In this document: positions 26,701 through 40,734 of the stretch, piece after piece | Layout of the letters: every line of letters begins with the position of its first letter | Numbering within the stretch: position 1 is the first letter of the stretch | NCBI GenBank assembly: GCA_017499595.2 | Contig: CM039008.1 | Location: 2,976,001 to 3,040,000, forward strand | DNA: 64,000 nucleotides | Direction of reading: 5' to 3' | Source: Psilocybe cubensis | Lineage: Eukaryota | Position numbers and translations under genes: made by a program | Notes under the pieces: model-generated | Database searches by the model: none | Seen by the model: only the letters and a program-made list of their open reading frames with translations | What the model was told of the DNA's origin: nothing

Positions 26701-29700
26701 CTTCGGTGGGGCTGAAAAATCGAATCTTTACACTGGATCTTGGGTTGTAAACAATGCATGGTGAAATTTTGCGGTGAATAATCGGTTGTATCGACTCACC
26801 TTTCATCCCGACTCCTGCACCGCGCTCCTGAAATGTCACACCGTGCCCCCACGGGATCTGTCTTCCTTATCACGCGTTCGAGTGGGAATACAGCGAAAAG
26901 AGCTGTTATGGGTCCATACTGTCGCTAGGAAGTACTCAATGTGAAGGAGGGAGTAAGAAACACAGGCATTGAGACGCCAGTAGGTTCAAACTCCGCTTCC
27001 CGACAGGCTACGCTGGCCCTTGGTATTGGGTGCGCTGTATTGGTGCCGTGCGCAACGCTCATTTTCTCATAGAAGAAGGTAGAGAGTTAGACCGGTTATT
27101 AGATACATTGACCGGTTGAAATTGTCCATGTGGCAATTAAAAACATCTAGGATGCGAAACAAACGAAAGGGTATAATGCGGAGATCGAAATCCATTTCGC
27201 TCAACGCCAGCCATTGACAATCTGTGGAGAAAGGTGGCATAAAGCTCTTTAGAGTCCGGCTTTGTCGTTGAGTAAAAACAACCTTCAAAAATCGCACAAA
27301 GAATGATTGAGGTTTTTTAGTTGAAAAAAAGTCAGTCAAAGAGATAGAGCTTCCGACTTTGAATCTTGATTCGCGCTAAGAATCAGCCAGTACATTGGGA
27401 CATGAGCAGCCAATCGAATCCATTGTAGTATAGTGAATGAACAACGAAATCTTTTGCGCTTATCGAAACAAAGTGTCTTTTTTATGGTGTTATGTATACA
27501 TACTCGGCACCCGCCTCAACACCCAGCATACAAATGTTTTGTACAACCCACAACAATATTCCCGCTCTACAGTGGCATACAACCATTGAATCGATGGTGC
27601 GCACCATGCCTCAACTCACCCTGACCTTATTGGCCGGCCGCGTTATCTGTCTATCGCTACATTCCTGTGCCTTGCTTTCACTCTAGCATGTTCAATTTTG
27701 GTTCGTTTCCACTCTACTCATTTATGAATCGGATAACTCCAGGCTAATCAGTGCATGGAACATTGGCATTAGGAGTATTTGGTTTGAGCACTGATGACGG
27801 CCAACAAGGGGATTCCAAACACACTTCCTTTTGATGGGATGCAATATGACTACCAAGACAGACGATTGTGTACGTTGTCTATTCTATGCTTATCCGTTCA
27901 GCTCATCATGTCCGTCAATACTGAGAAAACCTCTAGGTTCCATGTACCCAGAAACTCAGGCAATATATTCACATGAACGCAGAGTACGAACAGGCGGTGC
28001 AAATCACATCGAAAAGGCCCCTTTCAAACGCCCAATGATGGAGGTAAGTGAATTGATATTGATGTCGTTGTATCCTTATCTAATGATGCTACAGAGGGGA
28101 TGTTGTCGTATGGGATTTTTCAGGAGAAGTACATACGCAGACGGGGTTTAAGTGTACACCCGGTACTCCCCTCGTGATTCCGTGTGGTGAAAGTGACCAG
28201 AGCTGAATTAGGCTGAATTGAGTGAACAAACAAGAATGGAAAAAAACATACAACTTGCAGTCTATTCCTTGCTTTGATGATATAAATTTTTCTTGGAATG
28301 TAATATTTTGGATTTGAAATGGGAGTCTCAGGTTCCCCAGACCTCGTCAATCTATATAGTTGAGCGTGGCGTGTGGGGACGGTGCAAGCCCCTAAAAACA
28401 TATTAAGTGCATGGAGACAACCAATGAGCATGCGAATGGGCAACAAGGCGAATTATACATATACGAGAGTGTTGAAATACCCAAAGAGAAATGTCTGCGG
28501 CGCTTGAACCTGCGCTGATGCACCGTTTTCTGCAAAAACCACAAGCTTCTCTGTTTATAGCTACCTACATCTATCACCCGTCAAAACCACGCTATAATCT
28601 ACGTCTAATGCAGGCAGGAGCTTGGTCGGCGAGTATGTGAACTTCATCTTTATCCTTGTCAATGACGATGGGGCAGAGTGAGAATGCCACGAAGCAGTGA
28701 GGAAGAGACGGAGGTGGTGGGCAGAATATTTGGAGACAGACCTGGAGGAACCGAACAACAAGTCGGCAGAGAGCGCGATGGCCTTGGTTTTTTACACATT
28801 CCCACTCCCCATATCGATCCAAATGATTTATCCACCACACCTATCCCTACACCACCACTGCGTATTGACACAAAAACAAAAAGAGACCGGAAAGAACCCC
28901 TATATTTGAAGGCCCAATATGGTGATCAACAGCGCTGACCAACTCAGAACGAGTACAAGAGATGGACGTACACAGAGGAAGGTAAATGGGACGGAGATAA
29001 TACATATATGCGCCACAACTATGCATAAGTTCTAGAGAATGTGTGGACCAAGTATGATCCATAGAAACGTGCAAGGGTGAAAAGCGCATGGGAGGAAGGG
29101 ATGAAGAACAAAAGACAGCATATACCATACTTTACGATGCACTTTAACAATAGATATTCAGAGTAAATAGACGAATCAAAGCAGAATACCATCTATACGA
29201 GGCGCGCAATACACTGCGAGTTCATATATAGATAGATCCGGTTGAGCTACCGCAGCGTCTATGTTTTAGTATATATCGAGTACAGTTGTAGAGTACGGTA
29301 GTAAAGTACGGTTAAAGATTCCCCTATTACATGTGCCAGAACATACAAAACCAAAATCAACGCACTTACGACAGTCCTTCTCAATGCCTCAACCCGTTCC
29401 TCAACAACTACAACTACCCTCGACCTCCGCCCGCGCACGACGCCTCGATGAACTCCGTATGTGGTATGTGTTCCTCATTGAACGTGTCCTGTATTGTTGT
29501 TGTAGAGGTGTACATCGAGCGGTCGACCTTCGGGTTGTAGGCAGTTAGGAGATGGCGGTGGAAAACAGTGGCGCGTTGTTTGTCCGAGCTGTTTGCAAAG
29601 TAATTCAACTCCGCTTCAACTTCTCGCCTGCGCTTCCGGTGCGCGCCGACAACGTGCCTCTGCTTACAATTCTCCGAACCGTTTTCAAGATTAATTGTCA

Positions 29701-31123
29701 TATTCTCCCTGCAAGCTGGAGAAATTCTGGTCGAAACAAGGCGCAACTAGTACATTCAGAATGCGCTTTGCTATGTACAATCGTTTAAACGCGGGCAGGG
29801 GTTGGGCAGGGGTCAAGGGTTGAGGCCAAGGAATCGAAAAGAGGTCCATGTCGGTGAGTGCCTCGCATTTGATTTTGTATCTTCCGGGGAACACGCTCTG
29901 CACGAATTGATCCCTATTCTTGTCTTCTCTCGCCATCGCACTCTCGCCATTTCGATTATCATAGTCTTCCCATTGCACTGGCGCATGACGCGTATCTACG
30001 TAGCACGAAACACACCAGGGGTATCTACTACTCAGAGGCATCTCGGTGTACATACTTCTCGTCTGGCATGTTTTGTGCTTCGTGAATGATTCCGGAACAT
30101 TTGTGTTCGGTGCACTGGAGGCCTAGTTGCACACCATCTTTGTTCCCCTTCGCATTCCCACTGTCTCATCTACTGCACATCGACTTGTAGTTCTAGCCAC
30201 CGGCGGTCAAGGGAACGAGGACTGTTGTCATGGTCTGCTCATTCACTTGTGCTGTGACTTCCTTGACTCCCTTGAAGCGATGGACATTGGCGGGGTAGAC
30301 CTAAAACGTCTTCAGAACCGCCGGTGCAATTGAAGGGGTGTGCATAGCAATTGCCAGAGATCTATGTAAATTGCTAAGAGGGCTGGACTGAAGGCGGTAC
30401 ACATACGATAGCATGTGTGGGCGTGGTGGAACACAATGAGAGCTGGAGTGGAGGATAAGAAGGTGCAGATATTGAGATCCATTGCAAAAAGAGGCAACAA
30501 GGACAACAGCAATATGTGTGGCATGCCATCTAATTCTTACGCCTACCTACGGATTCCAGTTTAATGGCAATACCAGGTCATCGAGGTCCGACTAATAGAA
30601 AATGGTCATTACAGCAGAGGTGGGCACAGTCGCCTCGATGTAACTAGTGGCTGTATTATAAATAGACCTATGAGAAATAACACATTAACCAATAGCATTT
30701 TGTGTGATGGAAATACGACACGAGGTGGATAATGACAGGTCATTTCTCTCGGCACGTCAAGGAAATGGTGCGGCCATTAGGCACAGACAGACGTCGATTG
30801 TGTGTGTTGATGAGAAACCACAGTATTTTATTGCCTAAAGGGTGAAACATCATTTTATACACGAGGAGTTGACGAGCCATCCTGCACTAGCCCAACAAGG
30901 GCGGAAAAACATGAGAAATACGCCTTCATTTCTTTCTTCCTTTCTACATTTTCGCCCCCCAACCCAACTCCACACAGCACAGGCCATCCACAGACTCTAT
31001 CAAAATGCATAATTTTTCCACATTTAACTTTTTGCACTCTGGACTCGCCACCGGTGAATATGCTCATTCCCAGTGATCAAGTTGTCTTTCTTATCGATCA
31101 CTGACCTCTTCTCAGACAGTGCA

Positions 31124-32721
31124 ATGATATTACCACAGAGCGAGCCGTCAACACACTCCTCTTTCAACGAGGCGGATGGAGGACATATACCTATTATCGA
31201 CTCTTACCCACCATTTTTCAACACAACCACCCAAATTTCTCCAATCAGCCCCTCACAACAAGCCTCAACATCGTCATACACCCTTGATTCCTCACCGCAC
31301 CCGACAACGGAGCCAACTCCCATGTATCCTTTTGAAAACTTTCAGGACATCAACCGTAAGAATTTGCCATGTTTTCAACTTCAGCCTGCTAACCACACAT
31401 CCGCCAGCAGCCTTGTTTAGGCTGTCCCCTGACTTTTTTCCCCCATTGACTTCGGGGAGTGTGTCAACTCCGGATCCGTACAGCATCTTTCCCGACTATA
31501 CCATTCAAACACCCGCTGCACCTTCTGGGATTGGTTTAACCTCAATAAACGCCCTGTCATCAAATATATGCACCCCATTATATGGGGATTCATGTACATC
31601 TGCGCCTTATCCACCAACCTTTCTTCAGGCGTCATCAAGTAGACGCCAATCGCAGCCGATAGCAAACTTCGGCGAATATCCATCCGAGGACATGGCTGAT
31701 GGGTGTGTTTATTGTCCCAGACCGCAATTGAAACTAATTTCCTTCTTCAGGGATCAAAGCTATCCATCAACGTCTTTCACGGGTGTCGCCCCAGAGGATG
31801 TGCAACGTGATCAATATATTGATATTGTTCACGGCGGGATCTGGTTCGCCGACGCAGATCCATCCGCACAGGTGGCGAACACCCTTACGAGGGCAGAAAT
31901 GGAAGATGAAGAACGAAAACGGCAGTTGATTCCAACGCGTTCAAGCGTTGAGCAACTAGTTTCGTATTCTCACCGAGGTAGCCATTCTGGCACCCAGGCA
32001 AACTTTAACGACAGGTTCCACTTCAATATCGGAGAAAAGGAATCAACATATACAATTGGATCCATGCAGATCACGTCAAACAGCGAAGGGAGCTCCGGGG
32101 GCAACCCCGTCGAGCCTTTCGCCCAGCTTGGACATAGAGATGGAGGGTATGATATGCTGTCCCCTTTTCTCCTCCAGAGTATGAACTGTGATGCTGATAT
32201 TATCTATTGTGCGTTAGGACGACGAACCATCACTCCACTGCACAAAACAGCGACAGGTACGAGTTGCCCATTCATCTAGTCAAAAATGACGATTCAGCAA
32301 CTGACTTTACCTTTCAAAATTAGACAAGTTGCCAGCGCATCCAAAAATTCTAGGAAGCGAAGGCTGTCGACGGAGGACAAAGACGGGTATGCACGACACA
32401 CCTTTTATTACTCTTCTCAATATCTAAATCCCATCTCTTCCCTTTGCACCCTGTTCCAGCAGCACATCTGCGCCCGCCGAAAAACGTCCACGAAAGAGGT
32501 CACCACGGGACCCTCTTCGGGACCAGAAGGTTGGTAAAGGCAGGGTCGCGAGGGCCCTGACGGCCGCACCAACTCGGAGGCCGCATCGCAAGCCGGCTAC
32601 TCCACGATGCATGGCTGGTCCGGTCTCGGAGGGGCATGTGGTGGTTCATGACCGTGAGCGCCACTCAAAGAAGGGGACAGAATTCACCTTCCAGGTGATG
32701 TCGGCCGCACAAAGGCCATAG
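31124..32721 (+). CDS. Hypothetical multi-exon S/P/T-rich protein with basic (NLS-like) C-terminal half
   Basis: Long open frames joined by GT..AG introns (e.g. GTAAG at ~31356). Contains RKRRLS and ends ..KGTEFTFQVMSAAQRP*. No recognisable domain. Confidence 0.5.
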
Positions 32722-33701
32722 GAGGTCAGGGTGTTACCTCACGCTCGATGCTTAGGCAGTCTAAAATTTGTAGTGTTAGTACCTAATAAAAATGATAAAG
32801 AATAGAAATGCCTTGGTTGACACTGAGCCTTGCTCAAGTTTGAGCATTGTTTGTCTTGAAATGGGTAGGTGGGAGAGCATCAGCGCTGTACAAAGGGGAC
32901 AATGTTGCAGTGTGAGATAAAAGATCAGATAACACTTTGCATCGACTTAATAATTCCGAGATAATCGAGATGTGCAGTGACCGTGAGACATCTCGCTGTG
33001 AGCGGCGTTCGGCATTTGGCAGTTAAAGATCGACAGATGGACCTCAAGGGCTCACCTCTTAGATGTACATAATACAAAGAAATTTCATTGGTGCAGACGA
33101 AAAACCCAATATGTGGTCGGGTGAAATAGTTTGCCTCCCCTCGTAACATTTCTTGTTAAGTCATCTCTCCCTTCTCCTTTCCAGCTATACTCAACGGGGC
33201 TGTTATTCTAACAGAAGCGACTGGATGTCGAGAGAGACCTGGGAGGTGATGTCGAGTGGACACTCGTAAACGTAGATTACCCTGCTTCGCTATAAGTCAC
33301 ACCAAGGATGATGTAGTTCACACGCACACAATGATAGGTAGAGAGGGGGTGCTCGGTCCACTACAAGATATGCCCGCTTGGTTGAAGCCTGTGTATGTAT
33401 TACATCGAAAGCACTGTAATCAATTATCGGGGTAACTCTAGAGCAGGCATAATTCCAGAGCGGGAATGTGCAGAGGTGTGAGCTGCAATATGGAGGTGAA
33501 TGAGTAGAAAGTGTAAATTAAAACCAGAATGTGGTTAAATCAAGTGTCTATATGCATTATATGTAAGCTGCTTCCGTACGAAGGATACGCACCCCAAAGT
33601 TATTGAGCCACGGGAGGGTGAATCCGACCATTGACATTCTCTGCCGCCACGCAACTCACAACCTGAAGAAACGACATTGAGAAGAGGCAAAAATATATAT
33701 A

Positions 33702-34515
33702 TTTTTTTTTTTGGTGGAGCGTTGATGTTATTTAGTAACATCGGCTCTTTCGTGCGCGACAATTCGACACTCAGAGCCCGCTAGTTGATTACAAGGACAT
33801 ACGACCTTGAGATAATAAGAAAAGACCATTTTCACCGTGGGGAAATGCTTTTAGGCACTTCGTGTGGGACTCAAGACAAAAACCACTGACAGTCACGCGG
33901 CGTGCACACCCCCATACTTACCTTCCACGCCTCCGACCATCATCTCTACGCGGTTCAATACCCACTAAAACCCCAGAACTACCTGTCCAATCTTTAGGCA
34001 GGTTCTCCTCATCTCGGAGTGTTCCTCGCCAAGTGTTAATCACTAGCTTCTTCTTCAAGGCTTTCTTACCGTACTTTGCTCGAGTCAGGATAGAGTCCAT
34101 TTCCAGCCTAAGGTTGATTGTCTTCACCCATCTATTATGGATTTCTATTCCGGAGATAGGTGGACCATCAGCATTTTGTATCACTGACTCACATCGTAGC
34201 TTCCAGATTAAGTAAGCTGATTCCGTCATCAGGATTCGAAGCAGCCTCGCCTCTCCTTCAGCTTTATCTGCTTGCTTGCCACCTTTCTTACGTCCCAATG
34301 ATGGTCGTGTGCTTAGGATTACTTCTTCCAAAGTCGTATCTGGCCAAGGTCTACTTGATTTCATTCCCCAGAGCTCCCGGGCTAGGTTCCATACCTGGGC
34401 TTGACCTGATGCCGTGCATTTCTCAATTATATGGGCCATTGACTCTATTCCTTGTCCACATTGTTTGCAGGTGCTTCGTTCCTGGTATTCAAGAGCAAAA
34501 CCTGGTTTTAACCAA
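33702..34515 (-). mobile_element. 5'-truncated non-LTR retrotransposon (L1-like ORF2 C-terminus, 3' UTR, poly-A tail)
   Basis: Intronless ORF WLKPG..ERSTCKQC..ESMAHIIEKC..RLLRILMTESAYLIWKLRCE..EIHNRW..KYGKKAL..TWRGTL..LPKDW..GVLVGI, then ~200 nt UTR and an A11 tract (T-run 33702-33712 on +). Confidence 0.88.
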
Positions 34516-37500
34516 TTAAGCACTTACCCATGCTCAATAGAGTCCATATTCAAGCGCGCATCATCTCCACGGCGTACATGAGCTGTCTCAAGATCTATTT
34601 AGATTCTCACCATGTTACACATTATGGTTCCTTTGCCTACGGCTTTTGATGTCGTATGGTATGTAGTAACGACTCGGTAGCCTCAGCGTAGAATTTTATG
34701 TCTTCCCCATGCTGCTCTCATGCCCGAGGAGTCTCACCAAAGCGGATAGACATCAGGAAATATGTCAGTAAGTTCTAAAGCGAAAGGTGGGTCACTTATA
34801 TGCGGGAGTAAGAGTGTTTCCACGGAGATGGAAATGCGAAATTGGAGCGAATCCCTGAGAGGTAACCAAACCCTTCATTGCTAAAGCGTGCTTCAGCGAC
34901 ATGGGAAGCGGGTGGAAGTGATATCAAGAGGAGAGTCCCAGAGAAACCATTTCATCTAAAGAGAAGATTTCATCCTGTAAATGCTTGATCAAATGATGAA
35001 CACTTACCGAGAGCGTATTATCCCGTTCACTTTCGTGATAAAAATCCTAACATTCATTGCCATGAAGAAGTTCAGCCAGTGGAACGTTATGTGTTCAGTG
35101 TTTATTTGTGAGTGTCGTTATGTCTGTCTTGATTTGATTTGAGCAGAAAAAAGGGATGTCGATGGATGTCGATGCAGACTAGGAGTAAAATTGGGGACAG
35201 AATTCACGTGTTAGCTGTCTCATGTCTACACAGAGTATCGATTACGCACCTCAAGCCATTCCTCCATGCGTCATCGATTTTCCGCCTGTTCTTACCACGT
35301 TCTATATGATGCGGGTGCGAATTAAAGATACATAAGGTAGACAAGAGCGCATATGAACATAAAATAACGGTCGAGGGTGTAGCAAAGAATTGAAACGAGA
35401 AAAGGTAAGAGGCTTACCAGCTTTTCCACTCGCCAAAGTTCTACCCTTCACTGGACTGCGACCCCAAGCCTCAAGACACATTCTTTCACACGCGGCATAC
35501 ATTCAGTATTGATTGAGACGTGGTCCCGATCCGGTAGGCTCTGTGGTACCCTTCTTCAATACTCAGGACAGTGCACAAGTTTCGATCGATCCGACATTAA
35601 GCCCAGGAATACGAATGTAACCGGAAGGTGGAGGCAGGGGTCGTCACTGGGGAGTGAATGCATCCTTGATGGAAGATGGGATGGCTCGATGAGAGGTGTG
35701 TGAAGTAGCATCGAGGGAGAGGGATGCTATTGGATACACGATTGTGGTTCCCGAACTTCATATAGGGCGGCGTGAGATGTTAAAAGTGCAGGGTGTTTGA
35801 GTGCGAAGCCTTACGAAGAGCGTGTTTCCCCATCCAACACCTGATTCATATTCCGTATCCGTATCCACATAGTATAAAACTATATCTGTAAGCGCCTCTG
35901 TGCTTGAGTTGCTTTCCGTCGATCAGGAAGAGGGAGACGTCGCGGTCGAGGTCCATTGAAGACGCAGATGTCGAATCAACAGGTGATGCCGAAAATGATA
36001 TGTTGATTTACGCACCTTTAACCATGCCATGATACGTCACCAAACTCCCCCTCTATTTTTCCTAAGGTTTAGTGAATGTGAATATCAGATTAGGTAACCA
36101 GTCGAGAGTGCCCATGGAGTTTGAACGTTGAACGATTGAACCCAGCGTGAGAAAAGGAAGAACTCGGGTTTCAAGAGGAGATTGAAATGTAAATTTTATT
36201 GTTCGGTCTTCACACAATTTAACAACGCCAGCGAGAGGTAAGACAAAGGCGGTGCATAAATTGCTTGATAAACAACGTTCGGTTACGTTTTTCAGTAATA
36301 TTTTGTCGGATATCATCCAAAGGGTCATTGACGTTGTCCGTCTAAGAGTACATTAGTTTGTTTGTCAATCAAAGAGACCAAGAGACAACGAGAGTAGAAG
36401 TAAATGTAACGCACGATAATGAGATCCGACGCGAGTGGATTGTGGAATAATCGATGAAATATCATATTGTCTTAAGGAGAAGTATACTTCAGTAGTATCA
36501 TTGTGAGAGAATAAAGGGATTTTTGTGCACAAGGGTCAAGAATCTCACTGCGTCCATAGCAAACAAACAAGCTTTGTTTTTGCATTACCTATACATACTG
36601 AACGTCGTGCAAAGCCCATAACCCACAATGCTTTACACATCTCCCATGTTACTGTGGCAGATAACAGTGCGATCCACGGTGACCACCATGCTTCGATTCA
36701 CGCACACTCACAAACTGCGTCTTATTTGTCTATTGCTACATTTCCCTTTGATCATAGCGTCCTAGGAGCTCAAGTACGTTCTTTAACGTCCCAAGCATCA
36801 ATCTGAGTAGTGAGGGCTGAACTATTTTATGATGTAAACAGCAGTGACAGTTAGCTCAAGTAGCGATATAACAGCGGTCGCCGATGGTGAGTGTCCCGTT
36901 CATGTAGGCGTGGGATATGCGCAGCTCACAAATTTCGTATCACATAACCAGGTAGTCGTGGCATGAACAAAAGGGGATTCAGCGCAGTGGTGTGACTACA
37001 GGGGAGTCAACATGTAGCATTCACTATCAAACCCAAGTCTAAGAGGGGCGAATCGCCCATGACACATTGTTACATCGCCGTCAACATGCCACAAGAGTGA
37101 TAGTTCAACCGTAGCGCCTCCTTCCTTGGGGTTATGATCTGTTGTTCTATGAACTGTTGGCCGGTGGGTACTCCTCCCTATTATATTCAAGTTGGATTGC
37201 TTATCTATACTTTATGGGTTGGAAGAGAATACATAACCATTACCTGAAGACCATCCCATCGACAGATGTTACTCCTGACAGCGTCACTTGGTCTCATGTC
37301 TCATGTCATCGTTTTCAAGAAATTTGGACACCACTGGACTGTGGAAGTGAAGCGAGCATCTCGCCACAGACTGTGTTCTTCGGGATCAAGAGGAAGGTGA
37401 ATCATGGCCCTGGCGGGTTCGCACAGAGGCATTTGGTAATGCATAAACATGTGCATCACTGAAAGAAGGGTAGGGACATCACCTTTTGACCACACAATTG

Positions 37501-40500
37501 CCATTGCAGACTTCAGGGCGGTACCAAAAAAGTAGTTAGTATCAAAGTGAAAATAACGAGTTTAAGAACACATGTACCATGGATGTCACTGAATATCTTA
37601 ATGGGTATGAACACTAATCACCTGTCGTTTGATGTAGATGGGACAACTTAGAGGTCCCGCACAGGGAAAGTCGTCGCAAAGTGAGATGAGAGATCACCAA
37701 GCGCTTTGGCAGTTTCTGCGGCGTGCACATACTCGAGTAAACTCGCAGTGATAGGGAGACACCCCATGCGCATATATGCGTCACCATTTATCGAATATGT
37801 GCGCAATTCAATGGAAATTTCCAAAGCGGTGCAAAACATTCATGATATTAAATCATACATACATACATACATTTGACAGATACGCTGCAATGGACATTAA
37901 CACTGACCTACTTCAAGTTGTTCGTGTACTGCGGAGTGCGAGCTAGGTGGATAGATGTCTACACGCGCGATACCATTGCCGTTGCAGTCGCCTTCAGCGA
38001 GAGCGAGCACTGTGTCAATACGGGTGAAGGGGGCGTGGGTAAGAAGGAACAGGACGGGAATGGCGGGACACTCGTGGAGGAGAAGGGAACACGTTGAAGA
38101 AATGGGCGGATTTCTAGGAAGTATACTCGTTTGTGCGCTCTGGAGCCTGATCTAGACAGATAGATGTCAGCACACTCGTTGCCGTCACCATTGCCATTAC
38201 ACAAAGACAAGCGCTGTCACGGTGGTTTTGCTTCGTCAGCAGTCAGCATAGGTGAAGACGTGGGTAGGAAGGATCAGAAGAGGTGAAATAGAGATGTGTG
38301 GGGCGTTTGCGAGTGCGGAGGTCGATGAAGCGGTGTGGCGGACGGTGGTTACACAAATGGCACACAATAATTGATGGAAAGAGGCCAGGGTAGCACATTG
38401 GACAAAAGCAGAAACGATGAGACATGGCTTTCGTGTGTCCTTAAAAAGATGCCAGTGGACCTTTGGCTAGCATTGGAAGCCGTCCGTTCTGTGTTGCGTC
38501 GCAGAGTGATTTGTATTGGTCAACTATATGCGTCATTCGATACATACTTTTGGATCATTCGATGACATCCATAGTTATCTGAATCATACGTACATTTAAC
38601 AGTCAGAATTGAACGTCCGTGCGCTATGCTATGTGGTCCACGCGTTCGCAGTGAGTGAGATATCAGATTCACCATTCGCAACTTGCTTTGCCGAGAATAA
38701 AGGGTTGTAGTCTAGAAGGGGGAGGGACAAACGACACCAGAAACCACACTACAGGCTGGGCAGACTGTGTACGCATCAACAACAGAGTTGCCCTGCTTGC
38801 GCTCAAAGACAAGTGACAGACAGAGAACTGCAGAGAAAGGCCGTGCAGGCGAGACGTGTGTTTCTGTAACCAATCTTGTATTGGGGGAGTGTGTCAGAAA
38901 AGCACTCTGTGGTTGTTGTGATATGTGTAAGCGACTCTATGGCGAAATTTGCTGTTTCAGGCACTGGGAGAGTGCATCTGGGGGGTTTTTGACGACGACA
39001 GGAGCATGTCTATGGGAGCAGGGGAGCGAGAGCGAGAGCGACAAAGTGACGTATAAAGGTACTGCGTATATGTGCCATAGTACGCACACGCAGCGCGTGG
39101 ATGTCGTGTTTCCGGAGGATTCAGAAGATAAAGGAGATGTAGCGTAGACACTGATATTCCAGTTCCACTGCACTGATGCCTTACAAAGTGTACAGAGGAG
39201 TTATACCGAATGTCGGTTATTGACTGGGTGTAGCTGTTGTGGTGTCGATGGTTTCGCGTGCGCTTGCCTCCAGTGCTGTGGGAAAGTGATGGTTCCGCTG
39301 CTGCCGTGTCGATGGTATTGCGTGCGCCTGTGAAGAGTAGGAACGTGATGGTGCTGGGCGCGAGCAATGGAAGAGGGAGGGGAGAGTGTGGTCATGGTTT
39401 ATGTGGCTCCATGAGAGAACGGTAGAGAGCAAATTTGAGCACTCACTGGACATCTGAATCCATCGTCCCCTCCCTGACAAAGTCACACTACTGCTTCGTC
39501 CACCAAGTCCCACACCCTCCCTAAGCCTTTCAAGCTTCCATTACATCAGTTTGAAACGTCGTATTCGAGTGGTTGGAGCAGAGCTTTAGAGACGGCGGGC
39601 AGAAAAAGGTTGAAGAACTTGTAAAGTGGGCCGTTGCTACGCACGGCAGATACGAGTCCTTGTGATCAATTCCTTTGGAATTTATAAGAAATGTATTTTA
39701 GGAGGGGCTTCATCCAGTAAACTATAATATTGTAATAGTTTCATCTGACTTGAAGACAAAGACTGGACTGAAAAGAATGAAATCACTAATGTTCAAGTTG
39801 TCCTATTGTAGATAAGCTGCATAAGTAAGTAAGCCATGAATGCAAGGGTAATGAACAACTGTGAATTTCTTAGGTCTACATAAATAAGTAGGCCTTTAAT
39901 GATATGGTCATGAATAACCATTTAGTTGTTGTAGGTAACTAAGTAGGCCATACAATGCTGGAGCAACAAGAAACCTTTGAAAATTCAAACAGATTTTGAT
40001 TGATGTCGAGTGGCAAGATATTTAAAGTTCCGACTTCTTTGCCGAGCCATTGCCGGCTCAAAAAGCGTTTCATTCCCTGCCAAAAGCCTGGATTGACAGG
40101 CTTTTTGACAGCAACTGAAATTTAAACATCGACCTTGAGCTGATCGATCGCCGGCCAATCAAAACAGCGATTCTCGCGCATGTGAACGGCCAAAATCGCT
40201 CATTCAATCGCCGATCAAACCTTGCCGATTGATCGCCGGCTCATTAAGCGTTTCACAATTTCGGATATACGTCGAGTTCGATATAAAAACGATTACTCCA
40301 AGGGAGGACTCGTAACAGAGCAGCGCGGCCAGTTGTTTGGCTTTGCTGTTGTCAAGCGCATTGAAACTCCGCCTTCACGCGTCCACCGCACCGCACGGCC
40401 GCGGTTACGGCGACGGTATCGTTCGCCTCGATTACCCTTCTCCACTTCTTCTCTCAAGATAATGCAGGGTTGTCGTTTGTGTGTTAAGATGTGTATTTAA

Positions 40501-40734
40501 AGTTGTGAACCATGACTAGGTCTGCTCTGTTGCTCAAAGTTTCACTCTTTAAAGTCGATGACTTTTCCAAGTTCATGTTCTCACGCTCATCACTCAAAAT
40601 AAAGGAGATCAAATAAAAACAATATATGTAATCTAATCAACCTCCATTGATCCAGTCGATGGAATGATAAGATACTAATTTTAATTCTAAGATCCTTTGC
40701 AACTCCAATCACCGCTTTCGCCTCTTCCTTTTCC

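Noticed and set aside
26926-27003. tRNA-like segment with a B-box-like GGTTCAAACTCC and GGAAG/CTTCC ends
   Set aside because: The anticodon stem does not pair and the D and T stems are incomplete. At most a decayed tRNA or SINE head; tRNAscan-SE would be needed.
24327-28938. Shared 'PNDLST' peptide in ORFs at 24327 and 28678
   Set aside because: Similarity does not extend beyond about 6 residues, so it is likely coincidence.
29330-30524. Possible decayed minus-strand gene
   Set aside because: Frames are interrupted by many stops and no family could be assigned.
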